The notes beneath the pieces were generated by a model. That model was not told the DNA's origin, did no database searches, and was given only the letters and a program-made list of their open reading frames with translations. From Eledone cirrhosa (lineage: Eukaryota): DNA of 64,000 nt. Made by a program: the position numbers and the translations under genes. The stretch is taken from the NCBI GenBank assembly GCA_964016885.1, contig OZ024757.1:6944001-7008000 (forward strand), read 5' to 3'. Positions 37,101 through 50,767 of the stretch are shown piece by piece (position 1 is the stretch's first letter; each line of letters opens with the position of its first letter).

Positions 37101-40100
37101 AGTGTAGTGTGGTGTGATATATGGTAGTGTGATGTGCTATATTGTAGTGTGGTGTGATATACTGTAGTATGGTGTGTTATATTGTAGTGTGATATCATAT
37201 ACTGTAGTGTGGTGTGATATATAGTAGTGTCATGTGATATAGTGTAGTGTGGTGTGGTATACTGTAGTGTGGTGTTATATAGTGTAGCGTGGTGTGGTAT
37301 ATTGTAGTGTGTTGTGATATAGTGTAGTGTAGTGTAATACATTGTAGTGTGGTGTGGTATAATGTAGTGTGTTGTGATATATGGTCGTGTGGTGTAATAT
37401 ATTGTAGTGTGGTGTGGTATATTGTAGTGTGATGTGGTATATTGTAGTTTGATGTTGTATATTGTAGTGTGGTGTGATAGAGTCTAGTGTGTTGTCATAT
37501 GTTGTAGTGTGGCGAGATATCTTGTAGTGTGGTGTGTTATAGTGTAGTGTGGTGTGAAATAATGTATTGTGGTACTGCTATATTATAGTGTGTTGCAGTA
37601 TATTGTAGTGTCGTGTGGTATAGTGTAGTGTGGACTGGAATATTGTAGTGTGGTGTGATATATTGTAGTGTGGTGAGGTATATTGTAGTGTAGTGTGATA
37701 TATTGTAGTGTGGTGTGGTATACTGTAATGTGGTGTGGTATATTATAGGTGGTGTGATATATTGTGATTTGGTGTAGTATTTTGTAGTTTGATGTGGTAT
37801 ATTGTAGTGTGGTGTGGTATATTGTAGTGTGGTGTGATATATTGTAGTGTGGTGTGATATATTGTATTGTGGTTTGGTACACTGTAGTGTAGTGTGGTAT
37901 ATTGTAGTGTTGTGTGGTATAGTGTAGTGCGATGTGAAATAATGCATTGGGGTTCTGCTATATTGTAGTGTGTTGTAGTATATTGTAGTGTGGTGCGATA
38001 TATTGTAGTGTGGTGTGATATAGTGTTGTGTGGTGTGGTATATTGTAGTGTGGTGTGGTATATTTTAGTGTGGTGTGATATATTGTAGTGTGGTCTGATA
38101 TAGTGTAGTGTGGTGTGGTATATTTTAGTGTGATATATTGTATTGTGCTATATTGTAGTGTGGTGTGATATATTGAAGTGTGGTATGGTTTATTGTAGTG
38201 TGGTGTAGTATATTGTAGTGTGGTGTTATATAGTGTCGTGTGGTTTGGTATAGTGTAGTGTGTTGTGGTATATTGTAGTGTGGTGTGATATAGTGTTGTG
38301 TGGTGTGGTATATTATAGTGTGGTGTGGTATATTGTATTGTGTTGTGATATATTGTAGTGTGGTGTGAAATATTGTAGTGTGGTGTGGTATATTGCAGTG
38401 TGATGTGGCATAATGCAGTGTGGTGTGGTATATTGTAGTGGGGTTTGGTGTATCGTAGTGTGCTATGATATAGTGTGGTGCGGTGTGATATATTGTAGTG
38501 TGCTATGATATAGTGTGGTGCGGTGTGATATATTGTAGTGTGATGTGGTATATTGTAGCGTGATGTGGTATATTGTAGTTTGATGTTGTATATTGTAGTG
38601 TGGTGTGATAGAGTGTAGTGTGTTGTGATATATTGTAGTGTGGCGAGATATCTTGTAGTGTGGTGTGTTATAGTGTAGTGTGGTGTGATATATTGTAGTG
38701 TGGTGTGGTATACTGTGGTGGGATGTACTGTAATGTGGTGTGGTATAGTCTAGTGTGGTATATTGTAGTGTTGTGTGGCATATTATAGAGAGGTGTGGTA
38801 TATGGTAGTGTGATGTGATATAGTGTAGTTTGGTGTGGTATATTGTAGTGTGGTGTGATATAGTGTAGCGTGTTGTGATATATTTTACTGTGGTGTGGTA
38901 TACTGTAGTGTAGTGTAATATAGTATAGTGTGGTGTGGTATATTGTAGTGTGTTGTGATATACTGTAGTGTGGTGTGATATATAGTAGTGTCATGTGATA
39001 TAGTGTAGTGTGGTGTGGTATATTGTAGTGTGTTGTGATACAGTGTAGTGTAGTGTAATATAGTCTAGTATGGTGTGGTATAGTGTAATGTGGTGTGATA
39101 TATGGTAGTGTGATGTGCTATATTGTAGTGTGGTGTGATATACTGTAGTGTGGTGTGATATATAGTAGTGTTATGTGATATAGTGTAGTGTGGTGTGGTA
39201 TACTGTAGTGTGGTGTTATATAGTGTAGTGAGTTGTGATATATTTTAGTTTGGTGTGGTATATTGTAGTGTGTTGTGATATAGTGTAGTGTAGTGTAAAA
39301 TATTGTAGTGTGGTGTGGTATAATGTAGTGTGGTGTGATATATGGTAGTGTGGTGTAATACATTGTAGTGTGGCGTGGTATATTGTAGTGTGATGTGTTA
39401 TATTGTAGTTTGATGTTGTATATTGTAGTGTGGTGTGATAGAGTGTAGTGTGTTGTGATATATTGTAGTGTGGCGAGATATCTTGTAGTGTGGTGTGTTA
39501 TATTGTAGTGTGGTGTGATGTGAAATAATATATTGTGGTACTGCTATATTGTAGTGTGTTGTAGTATATTGTAGTGTGGTGTGGTATATTATAGTGTGGT
39601 GTGATATATTGTGGTTTGGTGTAGTATTTTGTAGTTTGATGTGGTATATTGTAGTGCGGTGTGGTATATTGTAGTGTGGTGTGATCTATTGTAATGTGGA
39701 GTGATATATTGTATTGTGGTGTGGTATACTGTAGTGTAGTGTGGTATATTGTAGTGTTGTGTGGTATAGTGTAGTGTGATGTGAAATAATGTATTGGGGT
39801 TCAGCTATATTGTAGTGTGGTATATTGTAGTGTGTTGTAGTATATTGTAGTGTGGTGCGATATATTGTAATATGGTTTGGTATATTGTAGTGTGATGTGG
39901 TATATTGTAGTGTGGTGTAGTATATTGTAGTGTGGTGTACTATATTGTAGTGTGGTCTGATATAGTGTAGTGTGGTGTGGTATATTGTAGTGTGATATAT
40001 TGTATTGTGCTATATTGTAGTGTGGTGTGATATATTGAAGTGTGGTATGGTATATTGTAGTGTGGTGTAGTATATTATAGTGTGGTGTATATTGTAATGT

Positions 40101-43100
40101 GGTGTTATATAGTGTCGTGTGGTGTGGTATAGTGTATTGTGTTGTGGTATATTGTAGTGTGGTGTGATATAGTGATGTGTGGTGTGGTATATTGTAGTGG
40201 ATGTGGTATATTGTAGTGTGGTGTGATATATTGTAGTGTGGTGTGATATATTGTATTGTGGTTTGGTACACTGTAGTGTAGTGTGGTATATTGTAGTGTT
40301 GTGTGGTATAGTGTAGTGCGATGTGAAATAATGCATTGGGGTTCTGCTATATTGTAGTGTGTTGTAGTATATTGTAGTGTGGTGCGATATATTGTAGTGT
40401 GGTGTGATATAGTGTTGTGTGGTGTGGTATATTGTAGTGTGGTGTGGTATATTTTAGTGTGGTGTGATATATTGTAGTGTGGTCTGATATAGTGTAGTGT
40501 GGTGTGGTATATTTTAGTGTGATATATTGTATTGTGCTATATTGTAGTGTGGTGTGATATATTGAAGTGTGGTATGGTTTATTGTAGTGTGGTGTAGTAT
40601 ATTGTAGTGTGGTGTAGTATATTGTAGTGTGGTGTTATATAGTGTCGTGTGGTTTGGTATAGTGTAGTGTGTTGTGGTATATTGTAGTGTGGTGTGATAT
40701 AGTGTTGTGTGGTGTGGTATATTATAGTGTGGTGTGGTATATTGTATTGTGTTGTGATATAATGTAGTGTGGTGTGAAATATTGTAGTGTGGTGTGGTAT
40801 ATTGCAGTGTGATGTGGCATAATGCAGTGTGGTGTGGTATATTGTAGTGGGGTTTGGTGTATTGTAGTGTGCTATGATATAGTGTGGTGCGGTGTGATAT
40901 ATTGTAGTGTGCTATGATATAGTGTGGTGCGGTGTGATATATTGTAGTGTGATGTGGTATATTGTAGCGTGATGTGGTATATTGTAGTTTGATGTTGTAT
41001 ATTGTAGTGTGGTGTGATAGAGTGTAGTGTGTTGTGATATATTGTAGTGTGGCGAGATATCTTGTAGTGTGGTGTGTTATAGTGTAGTGTGGTGTGATAT
41101 ATTGTAGTGTGGTGTGGTATACTGTGGTGGGATGTACTGTAATGTGGTGTGGTATAGTCTAGTGTGGTATATTGTAGTGTTGTGTGGCATATTATAGAGA
41201 GGTGTGGTATATGGTAGTGTGATGTGATATAGTGTAGTTTGGTGTGGTATATTGTAGTGTGGTGTGATATAGTGTAGCGTGTTGTGATATATTTTACTGT
41301 GGTGTGGTATACTGTAGTGTAGTGTAATATAGTATAGTGTGGTGTGGTATATTGTAGTGTGTTGTGATATACTGTAGTGTGGTGTGATATATAGTAGTGT
41401 CATGTGATATAGTGTAGTGTGGTGTGGTATATTGTAGTGTGTTGTGATACAGTGTAGTGTAGTGTAATATAGTCTAGTATGGTGTGGTATAGTGTAATGT
41501 GGTGTGATATATGGTAGTGTGATGTGCTATATTGTAGTGTGGTGTGATATACTGTAGTGTGGTGTGATATATAGTAGTGTTATGTGATATAGTGTAGTGT
41601 GGTGTGGTATACTGTAGTGTGGTGTTATATAGTGTAGTGAGTTGTGATATATTTTAGTTTGGTGTGGTATATTGTAGTGTGTTGTGATATAGTGTAGTGT
41701 AGTGTAAAATATTGTAGTGTGGTGTGGTATAATGTAGTGTGGTGTGATATATGGTAGTGTGGTGTAATACATTGTAGTGTGGTGTGGTATATTGTAGTGT
41801 GATGTGTTATATTGTAGTTTGATGTTGTATATTGTAGTGTGGTGTGATAGAGTGTAGTGTGTTGTGATATATTGTAGTGTGGCGAGATATCTTGTAGTGT
41901 GGTGTGTTATATTGTAGTGTGGTGTGATGTGAAATAATATATTGTGGTACTGCTATATTGTAGTGTGTTGTAGTATATTGTAGTGTGGTGTGGTATATTA
42001 TAGTGTGGTGTGATATATTGTGGTTTGGTGTAGTATTTTGTAGTTTGATGTGGTATATTGTAGTGCGGTGTGGTATATTGTAGTGTGGTGTGATCTATTG
42101 TAATGTGGAGTGATATATTGTATTGTGGTGTGGTATACTGTAGTGTAGTGTGGTATATTGTAGTGTTGTGTGGTATAGTGTAGTGTGATGTGAAATAATG
42201 TATTGGGGTTCAGCTATATTGTAGTGTGGTATATTGTAGTGTGTTGTAGTATATTGTAGTGTGGTGCGATATATTGTAATATGGTTTGGTATATTGTAGT
42301 GTGATGTGGTATATTGTAGTGTGGTGTAGTATATTGTAGTGTGGTGTACTATATTGTAGTGTGGTCTGATATAGTGTAGTGTGGTGTGGTATATTGTAGT
42401 GTGATATATTGTATTGTGCTATATTGTAGTGTGGTGTGATATATTGAAGTGTGGTATGGTATATTGTAGTGTGGTGTAGTATATTATAGTGTGGTGTATA
42501 TTGTAATGTGGTGTTATATAGTGTCGTGTGGTGTGGTATAGTGTATTGTGTTGTGGTATATTGTAGTGTGGTGTGATATAGTGATGTGTGGTGTGGTATA
42601 TTGTAGTGGATGTGGTATATTGTAGTGTGGTGTGATATATTGTAGAGTGGTGTGATATATTGTAGTGTGGTGTGGTATATTGCAGTGTGATGTGGCATAA
42701 TGCAGTGTGGTGTGGTATATTGTAGTAGGGTTTGGTGTATTGTAGTGTGCTATGATATAGTGTGGTGCGGTGTGATATATTGTAGTGTGGTGTAATATAG
42801 TGTAGTGTGGTGTGATATATTGTAGTTTGGTGTGGTATATTGTAGTGTGGTGTGATATAGTGTAGTGTGTTGTGATATATTTTAATGTGGTGTGGTATAT
42901 TGTAGTGTAGTGTAATATAGTGTAGTGTGGTGTGGTATATTGTAGTGTGTTGTGATACAGTGTAGTGCAGTGTAATACAGTGTAGTGTGGTGTGTTACAG
43001 TGTAGTGTGGTGTGATATATGGTAGTGTGATGTGCTATATTCTAGTGTGGTGTGATATACTGTAGTATGGTGTGTTATATTGTAGTGTGATGTCATATAC

Positions 43101-45500
43101 TGTAGTGTGGTGTGGTATACTATAATGTGGTTTGGTGGGATATATTGTGGTGTGGTGTGACATATTGTAGTGTGGGTGGTATATTGTAGTGTTCTGTGGT
43201 ATATTGTAGTGTGATGTGGTATAGTGTAGTGTAATATATTGTAGTGTGATGTGGTATATTGTAGTGTGGGGTGATATATTGTACTTTGGTGTGGTATATT
43301 GTAGAGTAGTGTAATATAGTGTAGTGTGGTATATAGTAGTGTGGTGTTATATAGTGTAGTGTGGTGTGATATATTTTAGTGTGTTGTGGTATAGTGAAGT
43401 GTGGTGTGGTATATTGTAGTGTGGTGTGATATATTGTAGTGTGGTGTGATATATAGTAGTGTGATGTGATATATTGTAGTGTGGTGTGGTATATTGGTGT
43501 GATGTGGAATATTGTAGTGTGTTGTGGTATATTGTAGTGTGATGTCATATACTGTAGCGTGGTGTGATATATAGTAGTTTCATGTGATATAGTGTAGTGT
43601 GGTGTGGTATACTGTAATGTGGTGTGGTATACTGTAATATAGTGTAGTGAGTTGTGATATATTTTAGTTTGGTGTGGTTTATTGTAGTATAGTTTAATAT
43701 AGTGTAGCGTGGTGTGGTATATTGTAGTGTGTTATGATATAGTGTAGTGTAGTGTAATATAGTGTAGTGCGGTGTGGTATAATGTAGTGTGGTGTGATAT
43801 ATGGTAGTGTGTTGTAATATATTGTAGTGTGGTGTGATATACTGTAGTGGGGTTTGATATATTGTAGTGTGATGTCATATACTGTAGTGTGGTGTGATAT
43901 ATAGTACTGTGATGTGATATATTGTAGTGTGGTGTGGTATATTGTAGTGTGATGTGGTATATTGTAGTTTGATGTTGTATATTGTAGTGTGGTGTGATAG
44001 AGTGTAGTGTTAGTGATATATTGTAGTGTGGCGAGATATCTTGTAGTGTGGTGGGTTATAGTGTAGTGTGGTGTGATATATTGTAGTGTGGTGTGGTATA
44101 CTGTGGTGGGATGTACTGTAATGTGGTGTGGTATAGTCTAGTGTGGTGTGGTATATTGTAGTGTTGTGTGGCATATTATAGAGAGGTGTGGTATATGGTA
44201 GTGTGATGTGAAATAGTGTAGTGTGGTGTGGAATACTGTAGTGTGGTGTAATATAGTGTAGTGTAGTGTGATATATTGTAACGTGGTGGGATATATTGTA
44301 GTTTGGTGTGATATAGTGTAGTGTGGTGTGATATATTGAAGTGTGTTGTGGTATGTTGTAGTGTGGTGTGATTTAGTGTAGTGTGGTGTGGTATATTGTA
44401 GTGTTGTGTGATATATTGTAGTGTGGTCTGATATATAGTAGTGTGATGTGATATAGTGTAGTGTGGTGTGGTATAATGTAGTGTGATTTGGTCTATTGTA
44501 GTGTGTTGTGATATAGTGTAGTTTGGTGTGATATAGTGTAGTGTGATGTGGCATAATGTAGTGTGGTGTGTTATATTGTAGTGTGGTGTCACATATTGTA
44601 GTGTGGTGTGATATAGTGTAGTGTGGTGTGGTATACTGTAATGTGGTTTGGTGGGATATATTGTGGTGTGGTGTGACATATTGTAGTGTGGGTGGTATAT
44701 TGTAGTGTTCTGTGGTATATTGTAGTGTGATGTGGTATAGTGTAGTGTAGTATATTGTAGTGTGATGTGGTATATTGTAGTGTGGGGTGATATATTGTAG
44801 TTTGGTGTGGTATATTGTAGAGTAGTGTAATATAGTGTAGTGTGGTATATAGTAGTGTGGTGTGATATATTTTAGTGTGTTGTGGCATAGTGAAGTGTGG
44901 TGTGGTATATTGTAGTGTGGTGTGATATATTGTAGTGTGGTGTGATATATAGTAGTGTGATGTGATATATTGTAGTGTGGTGTGGTATATTGGTGTGATG
45001 TGGTATATTGTAGTGTGTTGTGCTATATTGTAGTGTGGTGTGATATACTGTAGTGCGGTGTTGTATAGTGTAGTGTGATGTGATATACTGTAGTGTGGTG
45101 TGATATAGTGAAATGTGGTGTCCGTATATAGTAGTGTGATGTGATATAGTGTAGTGTGGTGTCGTATATTGTAGTGTGCTGTTGTATAGTGTAGTGTGGT
45201 GTGGTATATTGTAGTGTGGTGAGCTATATAGTAGTGTAGTGTAATATAGTGTAGTGTGGTGTGGTGTAGTGTAGTGCGATGTGGCATATCGTAGTGTGAT
45301 GTGATATAGTGTAGTGTAGTGTGGTATATTTTAGTATGGTGTGGTATATTGTAGTATTTTGTGATATATTGTAGTGTGATGTGATATATTGTAGTGTGTT
45401 GTGGTATATTGTTGTATGATGTGATTGAGTGTAGTGTAGTGTGGTATATTGTAGTGTGATGTAATATAGTGTAGTGTGATGTGATATAGTGTAGTAGGTT
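28190..45500. repeat. ~17.3-kb simple satellite; 20-bp unit of four pentamers (approx. GTGTG GTGTG G/ATATA TTGTA) with higher-order duplications
   Basis: direct reading; identical ORF translations recur at offsets of 2409 bp and 1254 bp. Confidence 0.97.
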
Positions 45501-45779
45501 GTCGTGTATCTGACCTTGATGAAGCCTGTGTTTTGTTTACATTGTATATTGTGGAACATTTGTTTCTGTAAATATGTATAACATACACCTCTTCATGTCA
45601 AGATTGTTTTTTCCTATTTGGGACTTGGTACTCAGAAGGTCTGTTCTGGAATGTTCTGGTCGGAATCTCTCTGTTAGCATTTGTATATTTTTGTGTGTGA
45701 GTCTCTGTGTGTGTCTGTCTGTGTGTATGTAAGGGTATATTTATATATATATGTGTGTGTTTTCTTTAAGATATTCCCT

Positions 45780-46680
45780 TTTCGAGGGCGGGTAAAATTC
45801 CCGAGATCCATGGACGAGTTCTCTCCAGCGGTCTCTGTCCCTCATTATCGCTGCCATGTCCTGCATCTCCAACAGACCAGTGTCTGTCCTTAGGGCATAA
45901 ACATACGTTAACCTTGATCTTCCACTTCCAGTGTGTCCATGTAGGGGCTCCCACAGGAGCACTGAGTGCAATGTCAATTCTGGATGTCGGTGAGCATGTC
46001 CAGCTAACCTCAGTCTCCTCTGTGTCCCTTTTGAGCTGACTTTTGAGAGTCTCCCATACACCTCTGAGTTTTTCATCCTCAGAGTATACTGATTAATGTT
46101 CAGAGCCATCATCAGTATTCTCGTGTAGCATCCATCCACCATCTGAGTGCGTTTCTTGGTCAGTGTCAAAGTCTTAGACCCATACAGCAGCACAGACTCC
46201 ACTACAGCAATTAAGAAGCGGATTTTCTTGTCTTTAAGAAGGTCAGCCTCCGACACCGATCTCAAGCTGTGGCACGGCGCCCAGGCTTTGCTCTTCCTCT
46301 CAACCACATCATCTTCTGTATTCCCAATCTTTGCTCCCAAATACAGGAAGTCCTCAACCAATTCCAGCGGCTTCCCGCCTACATTAGTAATCCCCTCTGG
46401 CTTCTCAACATTCTCTACCAGATATTTTGTTTTAGTCTCATTCATTCTCAGCCCCAAACTCATCGACACAGTCTCAACCTCCATCATCAAATCCTCTGCC
46501 TCCTTCACTGTATTTGTCACCGAAACTTTTTCGTCGGCAAATTCAGCATCCGATACCTTTTTCGCCCTAACTCTCCTGCTCTGAGCCGGTGCTACAGTAA
46601 AGCCAGAGTCCTGGTGTTTCTCCAGTGCAAGGCGCATATAATAGTCCACTACGATGATAAAAAGGTAGGGAGCCAATGTA
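45780..46680 (-). mobile_element. 5'-truncated RTE-like LINE of a different family, RT C-terminal half
   Basis: ORF 45741..46676: APYLFIIVVD, FAD(E), KTKY, FLYLG, VLLYGS, LAGHAHR, RDRWR. Confidence 0.85.
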
Positions 46681-47424
46681 AGATATATTTACCTATATAC
46701 ATCGAAAGTGTGTTCCATATTAACAGTGGAGCATGGTAAACACATCTATTCTCGGTGAAAGCAAACGCAAAGAAAGACGGAGGAATCGGAAGCGAAAGAG
46801 GGGTAGAAGGCAGAAGTGGTGAGTACGAAGGATATAGAGAGAGAAAGAGGAGGAGAGAAAGGAAGTTAATACAGGGTGACACAACGCAAGTCTAACCAGA
46901 ACTAATAAACAAGAGAGATCGATAAAGAGAAAGGGAGAGGGAGACAGGGGGAGAGAAAGAGAGAGAGAGAGAGAGAAGGAGTTGATCCAAAAGAGTGATA
47001 GGATATAGGTCCGACCAGGAAAAACAAACCAAGCGAGATAGAGAGGGTGGAGAGGAGGTCACAGCAGTAAATACAAAAATATGGATTGAGAGAGATGTTG
47101 CTGTGTGGTTACTGATAACGCGTGTTAGTAAGGCGACACAAACAAGAGATAAACAGTTTCCCTTCATCAGTTGTCTACAACGTGTCACAGATGTTTCAGC
47201 GCATTATAGACATTACATCTATCCGTAGCACGCCCATAGACTTTTATATATCAAAAAGCCATGAGGGAAAGAAGTGATGGCGAAGAGAGAGAAATAAAGA
47301 AAAAAAAGAAAAAAAGGAAAATAAAGGAGAGAAATAAAAGAAAAAAAGTAGAAAACATACCGATAGGAGGGGCAAACACAGGACAGTGGTACATGTAAGT
47401 AGTAACCAATATATATATATACCG

Positions 47425-48300
47425 CACTATGCTCCGCCTCTTCCGACGCTTCCAGTCCGCCCCCTCCACCTCCACCATCTTCCTATGCCCACCCCTCCCC
47501 TCATTCAAACACGCGCGTAATCACCGCTCCCTCCTCGTTCACAGCTCTCTAGCACACCCGCCCCCGGTTCCCTTCCCTGCTCCAGACCTCGTTGCCACAC
47601 CTGCCCCCCCCCCAGATCACCAACACCACCACCTTCCAGCGTCCCAACGGCCACTCTTTCTCTGTCCGGCATGCCTTCCGCTGCACCTCCTCCAACCTCG
47701 TCTATGGACTTCGCTACACAGAGTGCAGCGCAACCTACGTCGGACAGACTGGACGTCGCCTGGCGGATAGGTTCACTGAGCACCTTGGAGATATCCGTCT
47801 CGGCGGGAGTTCCCTCATCGCCCACCACTTTGGTTCCCCTGGACATTCCGCCCACCACCTCACAGTCTGCGGCCTGATCCAATGCCATGGGACCCCCGCC
47901 ACCCGCCTCACGGTCGAGCAACACACCATCTTCACCCTACAGATCCACATACCCCCGGCCTGAACTCGCCACCCCTCTTCCTTTAGCATTCGACCCCCTC
48001 CACTTATATTACTCCCCTCCCCTCACATCATCACAGATACACTCCCTCTCCACCACTCCACCCACCACCACCCCTACACGCCTCGCACCATTTCACCACT
48101 TGTTTCTTTTAATTTTAATTTTTTTACTCTCCAAAAAATTCCTTTTCCTCCCATTTCTCGCCCCACCTATTTTTAACTAATATTTTTAATGTATTTCCAT
48201 CACTCCCCCACACACCCTCGGAACCCTCTTCCTGCCCACTTTTCTCCTGATGAAGGGCTTATGCCCGAAACGTCGTCCCCCAACCCCCACTCTCAAGCGT
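47425..48300 (+). mobile_element. 3' part of a Penelope-like element (Cys-rich linker + GIY-YIG endonuclease, pyrimidine-rich 3' region)
   Basis: IF..PPL.SF....N.RSLLVHS; CSRPRCHTC in another frame; FRCTSSNLVYGL...YVGQTGRRLADRFTEH...AHHF...H...EQ..IF.L; frameshifted. Confidence 0.85.
48247..48277 (+). ncRNA. Minimal hammerhead-ribozyme-like core, probably degenerate
   Basis: CTGATGA-A-GGGC-TTAT-GCCC-GAAA-CGTC downstream of the PLE ORF; helix I not evident. Confidence 0.45.
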
Positions 48301-48311
48301 GAAACTAATAA

Positions 48312-48495
48312 ATTTTTCTACTTTAGGCACAAGGCCAGCAATTACCCAGTACATTACTGGTACTTTATTTTATCGACCCCGTAAGGATGAAAGGCAAAGT
48401 CAACCTCGGCGGGATTTGAACTCAGATCGTAAAGGGACGTAACTCTGCTAGAAACTATGGCGTCCAACCCTCTACCGATACTGCCAATTCACCAA
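48312..48495 (-). mobile_element. tRNA-derived SINE, same family
   Basis: reverse complement of core and head. Confidence 0.88.
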
Positions 48496-48665
48496 CATTT
48501 GTACTGCCTCTTCGCTTCCACGTTTTTTTGTTTTGTTTACTGTCGCAACTTGAAAAAAAAAACATATATTTATATATATATATATATAACGAAGGAAATG
48601 TGGTAAGGAACCAGGTGGACCATAACGCACCAAAGTACTCAATACTTGGGGTAGTAGAGTGGGTA

Positions 48666-48764
48666 ATAGGAACCAGTAAGACCCCGACGGCTGAGCTCAA
48701 GCCGTTTCGACGGCTAATTAGCCGTCGAAACGGCTTGAGCTCAGCCGTCGGGGTCTTACTGGTT

Positions 48765-48769
<5 letters not shown>
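48666..48769. repeat. Perfect 104-bp spacerless palindrome
   Basis: ATAGGAACCAGTAAG...CGGCTAA|TTAGCCG...CTTACTGGTTCCTAT, centre between 48717 and 48718. Confidence 0.97.
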
Positions 48770-48804
<35 letters not shown>

Positions 48805-48897
48805 TTTAAAAGTTAAACAAGGTTCAATGAATACATCAAAGAATGAGTTTTACAATAGATTGGAAGCACTCAACAGTGAGGTTTTCCAGAGTTATTA

Positions 48898-50258
48898 ATA
48901 TTAATTCAAAATATTAACAAAATAGATATTCTTGTGATCAATTATATTTTATTATACATATTTCAGAGCTACTAAGTTAAGTTCAACAGTACGTCCTCGT
49001 TAGATAAAATAAGATGATGCATGACATACCCTGACATAGTAGACGGTTAAGATTCAGTCATGGTAGTGATTAACTTATGACAAAACTCAATATTTATACC
49101 CTAATATTGAGAACATGTGATAACATAATAAAAACAATAGAGAGGTTGCGTGTAATAGAGCTTAAGAAATACATGGCATCAATATAACAGTTATAAATGT
49201 TTTTATTTTTAAAAACTACTGGAGAAAGAGGAGGGAAAGGAAAGCATAGAGGAAGAAATAGCTGATGTGATAATATATATAGTAGGTGGCTTGAAAAAAC
49301 AGATGAAAGATGATTAAAGAGAGAGCGAGACAAAGGGGAGTAATTTATGTTCAAGTTTATATATGCAACACATGTCCAAATTATTATCGTTGCCGGTTAA
49401 TTTTCAAAATATTTAATTTAAGTTATTTCAGAGTAATGAATAATATTTTAGGTTTTAAAAGTTAATAGGTATTTGTATTAATATTATAATTATGTTTAAT
49501 TTCTAAAATTCAAATTTTATGAAAACAAATTTAAAGGATTTACGAAACACGAGAAAGAAAATATATATATAATGTTTTTATATCTTCACGAAGGTAATCT
49601 TTACCAAAATTATTTATAATATTGACAACAGTTTATATAATATAATTTATAAAATAATTATAGTTATAATTATTAAAGAATTTATTGTTAAATAGTTTGA
49701 GTGCCTAAAGTATCAACCGGCCTTATAACTAAACTTAAAGAGTCCGAATTTTTAAAAAATACAAAGATTATAGTTTATTATTTGTTTATAATTGAGGTGA
49801 TACCTTTCAAATATATATAATATAATATAATGCAATAATGCAATATAGTAAATAAGTTACTGCAAATATTGTTCAAGCCACCTACTAAATATATTATCAC
49901 ATCAACTGTTTCTTCCTCTATGGTTTCCTTTCCCTCCTCTTTCTCCAGTAGTTTAAAAAAAATGTTATAACAGTTATATTGATGCCATGTATTTCTTAAG
50001 CTCTATTACACGCACCCTCTCTATTGTTTGTATTATGTTATCTCATGTTCTCAATATTAGGTTATAAATAGTGAGTTTTGTCATAAGTTAATCACTACCA
50101 TGACTGTAACCATCTACTATGTCAGGGTATGTCATGCATCATATTATTTTATCTGATGAGGACGTACTGTTGAACTTAACTCAGTACCTCTGAAATATGT
50201 ATAATAAAATATAATTGATCACAAGAATATCTATTTTGTTAATATTTTGAATTAATAT
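48898..50258. mobile_element. Foldback/long-TIR non-autonomous element: ~390-bp inverted arms, ~575-bp AT-rich spacer
   Basis: 48898-49295 is an imperfect reverse complement of 49872-50258. Confidence 0.75.
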
Positions 50259-50673
50259 ATATATATATATATGCATATAAACAGAAAATGATGAACAAAC
50301 AAAACACACTTATCAACATTATTTATTCTTTACATAATGCTTCATACATAATCTAACACAGTGAATTTTAAAATAAATAAATAAATGTATAAATATATTT
50401 AAAATGTGTGGAAGTATTAATGAATTTTATCTTCCATTTGTCGATATCTCGACTCCCTTCTCTTTCAATCTATCTCTCGCTCCCTCTCTCTTTCTATCTA
50501 CCCTTCACAACCCCTCCCACTCATTCACTCTGGTGATTGATGTTGATGAAAGTAGGAGAGTGTGGAATGGTGTTCATGCTATCTTTCACAGAAACTCAAA
50601 TGAAATTATGTATATTGTTAACGATGGAACGGATCGAATGATTTCAATCAGATGAAATGCTTTGAAAACGCTA

Positions 50674-50767
50674 AATATATCTGAGGACCCTGCGAATGTA
50701 GAGTCAGGTTGGATCTATAATAGATCCTGCCTTGAGCTGATCATCGGAGAAACATATGTAATATGTT
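50674..50767 (+). ncRNA. Candidate type I hammerhead ribozyme with extended helix II
   Basis: AATATAT-CTGAGGA-...-GAAA-CATATG-TA-ATATGTT: 7-bp helix I, palindromic helix III. Confidence 0.4.

Noticed and set aside
28145-45588. Many His/Thr/Tyr/Ile-rich ORFs up to 266 aa
   Set aside because: By-products of the 20-bp satellite; unit is not a multiple of 3 and ORFs occur in all minus frames
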